NCBI RefSeq assembly: GCF_010672305.1
Contig: NZ_JAAHGX010000014.1
Location: forward strand, 90,698-118,764
Direction of reading: 5' to 3'
DNA: 28,067 nucleotides
Origin: Okeania sp. SIO2G5
GTDB lineage: Bacteria > Cyanobacteriota > Cyanobacteriia > Cyanobacteriales > Microcoleaceae
The notes under the pieces were generated by a model. That model was not told the origin of the DNA, made no database searches, and worked only from the letters and a program-made list of their open reading frames with translations. Made by a program: the position numbers and the translations under genes. The stretch's first letter is position 1. Each line of letters opens with the position of its first letter. This document shows positions 1 to 9,900 of this stretch, piece after piece.

Positions 1-84
1 ATGAAATGATTCGTCAAAAAAAACTGATAAAATTTTACAACCTATTTAGAATTACTATATCTCAATTTCTCATTTGCTTCAACC

Positions 85-120
85 TTTTTTCTTTCTTCCT
101 TCTTCCTTCTTCCTTCCTTA
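85..120. repeat. heptanucleotide tandem repeat (TTCCTTC)n, STRR-like
   Basis: Direct reading: ttttctttcttccttcttccttcttccttcctta. Confidence 0.8.
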
Positions 121-169
121 GTCAGAAAAAAGTAGTTTTGCGAAATTACTTTAACTCTTAGTTCCTTAT

Positions 170-204
170 TTCCTTTTTCCTTCTTCCTTCTTCCTTATTT
201 TTAT
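170..204. repeat. heptanucleotide tandem repeat (TTCCTTC)n immediately 5' of the ATG at 203
   Basis: Direct reading: tttcctttttccttcttccttcttcctt abutting the start codon of ORF 203..484. Confidence 0.8.
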
Positions 205-484
205 GAAATCAGAAGAACAACAGCATCCCCAATATCATAAAGATAGACTAATAGTTAACACCCTATTAGCAGAAAAAGATACTGCCTATAACTTAGCAGA
301 ATTAGCAAGACTAAAAATTCGTTATCGAGGTTTTCCTGGGGCAAAAGATATTCAGGAAGACTTAGAGAAAGTATTAGTAAAGTGGGAACTAACTGAAGAA
401 AAGCTCTATGAAAAAACTCGTGAAATTCATCGCAAAGGTCAGGTTTATAAAAAACACAATAACGACCAAGAAGATTGGTTTTAG
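203..484 (+). CDS. small conserved hypothetical protein (93 aa); resembles a small protein family conserved in cyanobacteria (possibly DUF3288-type)
   Basis: Intact ORF of 93 aa. Protein-like composition with motif NLAELARLKIRYRGFPGAKDIQEDL, which I associate from memory with a cyanobacteria-wide small protein family. Not verified by search. Confidence 0.45.
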   Translation: MKSEEQQHPQYHKDRLIVNTLLAEKDTAYNLAELARLKIRYRGFPGAKDIQEDLEKVLVKWELTEEKLYEKTREIHRKGQVYKKHNNDQEDWF

Positions 485-813
485 AAATTTTTTATAATTA
501 TTTAATAGAGTGGTTAAATAAGGTAATAAGCAGTAGGTCTGGTTAGCAATGGAAGTAGAGGTTCGTGAGATTATTGCTGTTTATATGGACTCACGGGATT
601 GAGAAGTCACTAGGCATTTGTAGCAGTCCTTACCTGCTGTAGGTCGTCAATTTGCCTTTCGCTCCGCGACATTAAACGTGTAAATAATGTGTAGTCCGTT
701 ACTGTGAATCGCTACATTTATATAGTTTTTGCAGATAATATCAAATCCGGTTAATTGCACATAAAAAAATTCTCCAATCGTCATAACTACGCTTATCTTT
801 GTAATTCTCTTTC

Positions 814-850
<37 letters not shown>

Positions 851-944
851 AGTTAACCATTCTATAACTGTTTAACCGGACTTGATATAATTTGGCATTC
901 CACTATACCTAAAGTATAATTAATATGAAATACGAAAAATTATG

Positions 945-1330
945 CTACAAATAAAGCATCAGATAAAGCTTCTAAAATCAAGTCCCATCCGGTCACAGAT
1001 ATAATAGTTTTTGGGGTTAATTCTAGTAAGATTTTAGATAATCGCTTTCTGAAAATATCGAGATTTTCAAACAGTTCCCACTTGAATTTTTTTTGAATTT
1101 CTTTCCACAATCTTTCAATGGGATTGACTTGTGGAGTGTAAGGAGGTTGAAATAAGGAGTGTAAGGAGGTTGAAATAAAAGGATGACATTATTGGGAATT
1201 AGGCGATCCATCTATAATGCCGTAATCTGCAAGTCTTACCTGTGAATAGTCTTGGATAGATTCGATTGCTTTTGTTACTAAATCACCAGTAGGTTCGAGA
1301 GAAGGTTTTGCTCCAATTGTGTTGAATGAA
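945..1330 (-). pseudogene. IS630/Tc1-mariner family transposase remnant (C-terminal DDE region), degraded
   Basis: Minus-strand translation gives LFQPPYTPQVNPIERLWKEIQKKFKWELFENLDIFRKRLSKILLELTPKTIISVTGW, the classic IS630 C-terminal signature (PPYSP-LNPIE-LW). The frame is broken by a perfect 23-bp tandem duplication (ggagtgtaaggaggttgaaataa x2, about 1133..1180). The N-terminal part is missing or unrecognisable. Confidence 0.55.
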
Positions 1331-1910
1331 GTAGTTAGATGTCATATAAATTTCCATGTCATATCCTCTCTAATGATGATTATTTGCAACCTGATTTTTA
1401 GCTAATTCATCCTCAATAAACTCAGAAGTTTTACTTCCAACTTTTGGTTGTTTATCTACGTTCTGAAATTATAGTAGTTTAACTTAAAAATGAGACGTTT
1501 TTTCATCTGAAACTCCCTCATAGCAAGAAAGCTTTGTCTCAATCTAAAGTTAAATGACTATAGTGTTGATATGATTCAGGTATTTCATAATGCCAAAAAT
1601 CACAATAGCATATTTTGGACATCCAAATTGAAAATTTAGACCGCTTAGGTATAAATCAATACAGTTCAGTTAAGGATTTTTTTTGGCAGTTCTGTAATCT
1701 CAAGAGCTACTCTAATAGTTCCATACCTTATGAGTTTTATCCCTATTCCCTACTCCCTATTTCCTACTGCCTAAAATTTAATGATTATCTGTTTCACTTT
1801 TTGCGATAAATATGAAACTTTTGGCTTTCATGGATACTAACAAAACTAAATCCAGCTTGTTCCATAATTTCTTCTTTTTTCCATTGCTTAATGTAACTCA
1901 ACTTAAGTTT

Positions 1911-2555
1911 TTATTGAGCTAATATTTCCCCATCTTTCTTAAAAAAATAAGTTTTATCAATGGATTCAATTTCATAATTTTCCCCAATTTTTTCTATCTC
2001 ATGAGAATAAACAATTCCTGTGGGAAGACTTTGTTGATAACTTTTATGTTCTCCTTGAAAACTCAATAGGAATAACCCATCTTGATGCAGATGTTTAGCA
2101 ACATTAATTAATCCCTTAATATCCTCATCAATATCCTTAGTATGATTTCTTAAGTCAGTCCGATCACCTCGTTGACTTATTACCCAAACTCCTCTACTAG
2201 AAACAGCGATATCAAAAGTTTCTTGGAGGTTCATATCATAGATATCTGCCTCTAGCAACTTTCCCCATCCTCCTAATCTCTTTCTGGCAATTTCGAGCAT
2301 TGATAAGGTAATATCTACTCCTGTAAATTCAGCTTCGGGAGCAAGTGGCAATAATTTTTCAGCAAATAATCCTGTTCCTACACCTAATTCAAGTATTTTT
2401 TTATGACCATCTTTCATCAAAGAATAGACTGCATTAGCCATTCCTTGATAATCATAATAGCCTTGGGTCATCAAAAGATCATAATAATCAGTAAAACTAT
2501 CGTAATAATCGGTGATATTAATATATTGACTCATAGTTAATTTTGCAGGAGTCAA
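1911..2555 (-). CDS. class I SAM-dependent methyltransferase (214 aa)
   Basis: Intact ORF. Motif I ILELGVGTGLFAEKL (GxGxG SAM-binding loop) with downstream acidic residue (VDIT), the Rossmann MTase pattern. Confidence 0.8.
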   Translation of the reverse strand: MTPAKLTMSQYINITDYYDSFTDYYDLLMTQGYYDYQGMANAVYSLMKDGHKKILELGVGTGLFAEKLLPLAPEAEFTGVDITLSMLEIARKRLGGWGKLLEADIYDMNLQETFDIAVSSRGVWVISQRGDRTDLRNHTKDIDEDIKGLINVAKHLHQDGLFLLSFQGEHKSYQQSLPTGIVYSHEIEKIGENYEIESIDKTYFFKKDGEILAQ

Positions 2556-2699
2556 GTGCAGTCCCTAATAAATAATTTGAATTTTAGTAACTATAACCAT
2601 GATGATTTGATTGAAAAATCCGTATCAATAAATCAGCTATTTATTTTCTCAATTTGATGCAACTTAACAGGGAATTTGTATCAGACTTAATTTGGATAC

Positions 2700-3110
2700 A
2701 ATTATTTGATTATCTGTTTCACTTTTTGCGATAAACATAAAACTTTTGGCTTTCATAGACACTAACAAAACTAAACCCATCTTGTTCCATAATTTCTTCT
2801 TTTTTCAATTGCTTAATGTAGTTCAACTTAAGTTTTTGTTGAGCTAATATTTCCCCATCTTTCTTAAAAAAATAACTTTTCTCAATGGATTCAATTTCAT
2901 CATTTTCCCCAATCTTTTCTATCTCCTGAGATTAACGAAGTCAGAAGTCAGAAGTCAGAAGTTAACCCACCCCTCGCCCCTCCCCCTCCCAGGAGGGGAA
3001 GTAGGGGATGCGTGAGCAACTCTCCAAAAATATTGCGCCTTAAAAGGCGGGGTTTTAGACCAATATTATTTTGATAAACAATTCCTGTGTGGAAATTTTG
3101 TTGATAACTT
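2700..3110 (-). pseudogene. duplicated fragment of the 3' end and downstream flank of the 1911..2555 methyltransferase gene, split by a MITE insertion
   Basis: 2700..2930 matches 1782..1999 at about 90% nucleotide identity (ttatctgtttcactttttgcgataaa...atctcNtgag). Homology resumes at 3073 (aaacaattcctgtg...ttgttgataac, matching 2003..2045). The 142 bp in between are a dispersed-repeat element. Confidence 0.6.
2931..3072 (+). mobile_element. MITE-like element, family A (heptamer head GAAGTCA x3-4 + G/C-rich palindrome cccctccccctccc/aggaggggaag + ccttaaaaggcggggttttagacc tail)
   Basis: It interrupts the duplicated MTase fragment exactly, with TA present at both junctions (t-TA-acgaag ... ttttga-TA-aacaa). 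A second copy lies in inverse orientation at 14711..14858 and a partial related copy at 27925..28010. Confidence 0.55.
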
Positions 3111-3156
3111 TATAGGTTAGCTATGGGTAATTAGGGTTTGCTGAATAAAGTATGAG

Positions 3157-3385
3157 TAGTAGGGGTAGGAGTCAGGAGTCAGGAGTCAGGAGAAATGGGG
3201 AATTTAGAGGAGGTAGGAGTAAGAATTGTCCCTCAATTTTTTTGTCCGAAGGTTTGCCTTTTATGCTAACTTTTTGAGGGTTTTAGACTAAAACAAGCGC
3301 ATTTTTTGGGAATCGAAGAAAGCTCAAACCTTTACCTGTCAATGGTCTTAAAATTAATTGGCAAACCCTAATTATAAATATCTGG
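3157..3385 (+). repeat. dispersed repeat family B (about 230 bp), copy 1
   Basis: Shares ggagtcagg...gtcaggagaaatgggga-at-tagagg-ggtag...aattgtccct-gattttt...aacctttacctgtcaatgg with 24612..24840. Confidence 0.6.
3166..3194. repeat. heptanucleotide tandem repeat (GGAGTCA)x3 (reverse complement of CCTGACT)
   Basis: Direct reading: ggagtcaggagtcaggagtcagg. Confidence 0.85.
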
Positions 3386-3404
3386 AAATCAAAGAATTAA
3401 TTTA

Positions 3405-3610
3405 ATATTTGGAAAAGGTAGGCAATAGGTAATTTCAGTTATCAGTTATTAGTAACTCTTCAATAAGGAGGCAAGAAAATACGGAATTCTCTTTTCTCTT
3501 GGTCAATTGGATATGGGGAGGTCTCCTCGTCACCCCACCCTACGGGAAGCTCCGAAGCTATACTGCTTTTTATCCCCTTAAAAGGCTATGCTTTATCAAC
3601 ATATTTACTT
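3405..3610 (+). repeat. composite small dispersed repeats (tcagttatcagttat-family followed by ttggatatggggagg...cccaccctacgggaagctccg family and a ccttaaaagg...ctttatc tail)
   Basis: 3421..3500 matches 11697..11768 (+) and the reverse complement of 14560..14702. 3508..3565 matches 22413..22545. Confidence 0.55.
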
Positions 3611-3793
3611 AACATAAAACTTGACAAAATAGACAAGTTATATTCAAGCCTTTAAAAGTTTTTTTTCAGAGAAAAAGTGTATTCAAAGGTATATTTGTTT
3701 TGATAACTTAAGTAGCTTTTCCTATCTATATGATTCTTTCTCCCTTCTCCCCTGCTCTCCACAAGGTTTTCAGGAGTTCCTTATAAGGGATAG

Positions 3794-3835
3794 CTTAAAA
3801 GGGGAGGCTTTAGACCAGGATTTTTCGGTCAAAAG
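3794..3835 (+). repeat. gcttaaaaggggaggctttagaccaggatttttcggtcaaaag module, 3' flank of the giant gene
   Basis: Near-identical to 11769..11812 (ccttaaaagaggaggctttagaccaagatttttcggtaataaag) at the 5' flank of the same gene, in the same orientation. Related ccttaaaagg-N-gg-g-tttagacc modules occur at 3038..3061, 14735..14760 (rc) and 22546..22575. Confidence 0.6.
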
Positions 3836-3909
3836 AATATCGTTGATTAGTAAATGCACAAATAATTTTATCCATCTACTTAGCACAATAATTTGATTGA
3901 AAAAAATCA

Positions 3910-6900
3910 TCAATTTCCTGCAAATTTTTGATAATCTTCTAGTAACCAATGAGGCAGTTTAGTTATATCTTCGATTCGTAATTGTTCAGAACGACAATAT
4001 AACATTGCTGCTAATAAATAATTTATAGTTTTTGGTGCTTCTATTCCTTTGGCAAGTTGAGCAGCTAACTGTCGTAAAAATTCTTGTTCGCTTTCTATTA
4101 AAGATTCATTTTGAATTTTGCTATTGAGTAATGCTTGATAACCTTTACCCATTTCACCCAAGTAAAAAGTTTCTAGTTTTTGAGGTTCTAAATTTATCCA
4201 AAAATCAGCCATTTGTTTTCTGATTTGACGCAATTCTTGAACCACAGATTCATCAGATGGGTCAATATAGTAAAGATTCACACTGCCCAATAATTGATTG
4301 ATAAATTTTTGCTGTGGAATGTCTAAATTATCTGTTTGATTTGCTGTTAAAACTACATTTTTTTCTGGTCTAACTTCAGCAGTTGTGACTGGAGAATTTT
4401 CTGGTAGATGAGGGGATTTAGATTTAAAAGCTTTTTCCAACTTCTGGGCAACTTCTCGACTTTCAAATATCTGTTTATAATCATCTATCAACCACTGAGG
4501 TAAACGATTTTTAGCATCTCTGACTAACATTTTGCTTGGAGGAAAATATAACATTGCCCCTAAAAATGTATTGATAGCTTTTGGATTAGTTAAACCCATA
4601 CTTGTCTCAGCTAATTCTTTGAGAAATTTCTGTTCATCTTCGGTTTGAGGTTCGTTTTGAATTCCACTTTTTAATAAAGCTTGATATGCTTGTCTAATTT
4701 TGCCTTGATAAGTATTTTCTAATTCTTTGGGAGCTACAGCTAACCAAAAATCAGCTATTTGTTTACGAAGTTGACGTAATTCTTCTATTAAAGATTGGTC
4801 AGTAGGATCGATTTCGTAGAGATTCACACAACCAATCAAACGATTGATAAATTCAGAAGTTAAAGAATTTTTATCTGTAGATTCTATAGTTTTTGGCGCG
4901 TGAATATTTTGCCATTCTTGGAATAATTCTTGAAATAATTTACCTATCTGTGTAGAGTAACTAAGACTGTCTAAAAATGAAGGGTTTTGCTCAATTTTTT
5001 CCAGAATTTCTTGCCGCTTTTGTTGACGTAACTGAGGATTAGTTGCTAGTTTCACTACTAAATTAATATAACTCTCTTCCCCATCAGCAATAAGATCGTC
5101 CATCTTTATCTCTCTGAGCAATGCTGATGCTTGTCGAAACCTTAAAGCATTTCCTTCAACAACTACTGGTGGAACTCCGACCATGAGTGGATCGACCAGA
5201 GAGGTTGCACCACCGTAAGGGAAAGAGTCTAAATAAATATCCGCTAATTTCAAACATTCTTTGATATCTGCTTGACTTGGTAATGCTTTAATTACGACCA
5301 AGCGCTTACTGTCGATACCATGACGTTTCAAAACAGACCGCATCTGTTTGATAAAAGGGGCAAATCGATAAGAATTAGTCCAGTTAGGATTAAAAGGATA
5401 CAAGACTAAAATAGAATTGGGCACTTTTGCTAGGATTTTGGCCCAAGTCTCCCGCATCTCCGGTATAATTTTGTAGAAATTAGCTCCAGAAATAAATATG
5501 GTGGTTTGGTCGGTTGCCCCCCAACTAGAGCGAATTGGTTTTACTCCTGAGGGGGGTTCGGCGATCGCATATCGGAAACAGAGTCCGGAATCTTCTAGGT
5601 TGGCCAGTTTTTCTGTATAATGTTCTTGGGTTGTCTCTGTTGGTGCAGTAATTTTACCGGAGATATAGTAGTCTATGGAGTGCATCCCGGTGGTAGTGGG
5701 AGAATTGATGGATGTAATTTGTATTCTGGCCAGTTTGTGTATTGCCAGCAAGGTAGAATTTTTGATAGTAGCAGTAATATTAGAGCCAATAAATAGAATA
5801 TCAAGGTTGTCGTTGCGAATAATTTGTGCTTGACTTTTCAATTCTTCTGGTAGTTGTAGAAATTTATCGGCGTGACTTTGGCAATATTTTTCTAAGGGAT
5901 GTCCGTTAGATTTTATTGCATAGAGAAATATCTCAAATTTACTCCGGTCTAAATGTTCAAATACTGGGAGTAAGGAATATGTTTCTGTTTGGGGAGAATA
6001 ATGATCTTTGAGAATTCCCAAGCGAATTTTTGGGCGGTTAAATGGGCGGTCGTTCATCTTATAATCTAACTCTAACCCACGATTTTTTAGAGCAAATTCT
6101 ATAATTTCTGCACGCTTGATGTAGAGATTTTTTAAATTGGGCGTAGTAGTAAAATATAGAGGAATCCAATTAGCATTTTCCACAAAAAACCAGGCGATAA
6201 CTTGCCATAATTCTGAGTCTGGATTAGTGGATATATTGTTATGCACATAATTCAACCATCCTACTAGAAAATTATGATAATTATCTGTTTCTCCTATTTC
6301 TTGAAAAAGTTGGGGAGAGGCAAACATAAATTTTAAATAGTCTGTAGCAAACCAGCTAGGTATGGGAGCTTTTTCGTATTTAATTCCTAGTCGATCTGCT
6401 CTTTGATAAAGCATCCCTGCCAATAAATACTGAATGGCTAAAGGTTGGTTAAATCCTTTGGCAAAATTAGCTTTTATTTTGTCTACAAATCTTTGTTCTA
6501 TTTCAGTTAAAGTTTCGTCTTTTATACCACTTGCTAATAATGCTTTGTGTGCTTGACCAAATGCTCCCAAGTAAACATTTTTGAGTTCTTCCGAAGTTTG
6601 AATATTCAGCCAGCATTCTGCAATTTGCTTTCTAATTTCTTGCAATCTAACTAATGCTGATTCATCCAACTGGTTTTGCTGATAAAGCTGAATATTCTGA
6701 TTTATTTCTGTCAGAGATGGTAATAAATTAGTTTTAACAGTAGGAACAACTTTTTGTTGTTCTATAGACTGAGGTTTTGGAGAATTGACTGACTGATTTG
6801 GTGTCTTAATTAAATCTGTTTCCCCACTGACCAAAACAGAGATAAGTAAATTAACTACAGAAGGAGATTGACTACATTTAAGACCTTCACGAATTTGAGC

Positions 6901-9900
6901 GATCGCTCCATTAGTATTTCCTCCTTTCAACATAGAAGCAGCCATTTTTATTGCTTCAATTGCATAATGTTCCCTAGCTTTATCAGATAATTTTTCTGCC
7001 ATTTTTGTTGGTAAATAAGTTTGAGTAATTTCTATAGCTTTCCGAGCATTTTCTATATTACCGCCAGACTGCATTAAGCGGGAAGTTTCCGAGGAGGAAT
7101 GTAAACGGAAACAAGCCAAAATTTCCGGTTCAAACCAAATAGGATAAAAAGCAGTTATTCGCTTCCAAATTTCCCAATCAGCCGCCGAATCTGCCTGAGA
7201 ACAAAAACCTCCTAAATTTTCATAAACCTTACGTTTTACTACCATCCCCACAACTTGAATTCGTTGTTCAATAGTAATTTTTTCTAAGAAATTTTCTATA
7301 ATACCTGGAGTTTTTCTTTCCAACACAGACAAATACTTTTTCTGGTCATATTCATCTATATAATAGTGGCGACAAAATGCTGCTCCTACTGTTGTATTTT
7401 GTTCAATTCCACGACGTAATTTTTCATAAAAACCAGGCAAGACAAAATCATCATCATGGAGTAGATGAATCCAATATCCTTTTGCTCTTTGTAGACAAAT
7501 ATTAAAAATCGGAGCTTGACCAATATCTTGTGGAAAATGTCGATAAAAATTAACTCTTTCTCCCCCTACCTTTCGGACAATTGCTTCTATTTCAGCTTGA
7601 ATTTTATGGTCTGGACAATCATTTACGACTTCTATCTGCATTTCTTCTAGGGCAGGAGCTTGTTGCAATACACTTTTGAGAGTTTGCTCTAAATATTTCG
7701 CCTTTTTATAAGTAGGAATCATCACAGACCAAAACGGTCGATGGTTATTATCTGACAATGGATTAATTTCTGGATATTCAATACCCATTTGATTATTTTT
7801 GAGAGTAGCTATTTGAGGAAATTTTTCTATACCTACTTCTAGTTGTTGTTCTCGTCTTACCGTTGCCCAAATCCAAGGTTTAGCAGATTTTAAAGAAACT
7901 AAATTAAACCCCGCTGCCATTAATAAATCTTTTAATTTTTCTTCAGTATAAGCATTGCCAGAAAAATAATATTGTTGATCTTTTGCCCCTTCCTCATCAA
8001 AATTTCCTAAACTTTCAGCGCTGTGGTCATGTACTTTAATTCTCAAATATCCTCCCGGTTTCAAAACCCGAAATATTTCTCGGAAATAACTTTTGACAAT
8101 AGAAATAGAACGGATGTGCTGAAAAACTATCGTCGAAAAAACAAAGTCGTAATTTTCATCAGCTAACTGTTGCAAATCATCGCCATTATTAATATATAGC
8201 TCTCCATTTTGTTTCCCATCAGCTAAATATTGTCGGGCAAACTGAATCATATTTTCCGAAATATCTACACCATCTACCCGTGCAAATTTTTCTCGCAAAT
8301 ACTTAATAAGACGACCAACACCACAACCGATTTCTAATACTTTCCACTCTGGTTTAACAGGGATACCTTCCAGAATTTGTGGCACCCAAATTTCCATTAA
8401 CTCTTTCCTAACTTGCTTTTTTTGTCCTGGAGAAAGCGTCTCCATTCCACTGTAAGCTAAGACTCGCTCAAAAATAGCTTCATCTAAAGAATTAACATTC
8501 CTAAAATAGCGTTGTATTTCTAACTGCCCGTGATTTATTTGAAATTGAATTTTGCCTAAATTTTTCCTATCTTCCATACCAGATAATTCCTTTGATTTAA
8601 GCTGTATCTCTGACTCTCCATGATTTATTGGAGATGAAATTTCTCCTGACTTTTTCCTATCTTCCACACTAGAAAATTCCTTTGATTTAACCTGCATCTC
8701 TAAATCTCTATGATTTATTGGAAATGGAATTTCTCCTGACTTTTTCCTATCTTCCATAGCAGATAATCTCTCTACTTTAATCCGATTAAAAGTCTGGATA
8801 AATACATCAGTCATAATCTTAGCCATTCGAGACCAAGAAAACTTTTGAGCTTGTGCTAAACCAGCAGTTATTAATTGTTGCCGAACTTCTGATTTTTGCA
8901 CTTCACCCAAAGCATTTACCAATCCATTAACATCATTATCATTAATATATAAAGCTGCTCTTCCTGCCACTTCTGGAATTGAAGCATTTTTACAAGTAAT
9001 AACTGGACAACCACAAGCCATTGCTTCTAAAATAGGCAGTCCAAAACCTTCATATTTTGATGGATAAACTAAAGCCATCGCTCCAGAGTAAGCCGATTTT
9101 AATTCTTGGTCACTCAGTTGTAATAAATGAATTTTACTATCTGAAATATATTTGCTTAATTCTGGCTCTACTTTTCTATTTCCCCCTATACAAACAATCT
9201 CAAATTCTGCGGATTTTTTGAATTTAGCAAAAGCTTGAAAGAATAACATAGTATTTTTATAACCTAGCCAACCTATTCTCTCACCCACTATCAGAAAGTA
9301 TGGGCGATGAATGTTATATTTCAACTGAAAATTAGTAACTTCTTGAGGGGTCGCTCTAGAAAATTTAGGTTCAATTCCGCAGGGAGCTACTCTGATAGAA
9401 TTTGCGGATATTTGAGGAAAATATTTTACTAAATCACGAGCTGTATTTTCTGAAATTGAAATATAAGAAATTGCCTGTTTAATACTACGATGTTTTTCTT
9501 GCCATGAAGGGTTATCAAGATTTTTAGCTAAAACTTCTGGAATCATATCATAAGCCATAAATATAGATGGCGTTAAGATAGGTGTTGTGTAATAAGTAGA
9601 AATGAAAATATCAGCATTTTCTTCATCACATATTTGCTGCAAAATTTGACGGTCTGCATCTATTCTGCCGTAATTATATCCAGGGATAACACGATATTTT
9701 ATGCCGGGAATTTTTGGTGCAGTTTTTGCTCTGTCAAGCACTAAAATATTTTTAGCAAAACTATCTTTTGACCATACTTCCAACAAAGACTTCCAGACAC
9801 GGGCAATACCTGTATTATTTATTTGGAAAAATACACCATCAATAAGAACCTTGAAATCTAATAGCTGCCAATTTTTCGATTTTCTTTCGGCAATATTTTC

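Noticed and set aside
1023-1211. Track ORF of 62 aa treated as an independent gene
   Set aside because: It is one frame of the frameshifted IS630 transposase relic. The true homology continues in another frame after the 23-bp duplication.
1615-1809. Plus-strand 64-aa ORF
   Set aside because: It runs through a heptamer array (ccctattccctactccctatttcc) and the duplicated MTase-flank region, with no start context. It is more likely non-coding.
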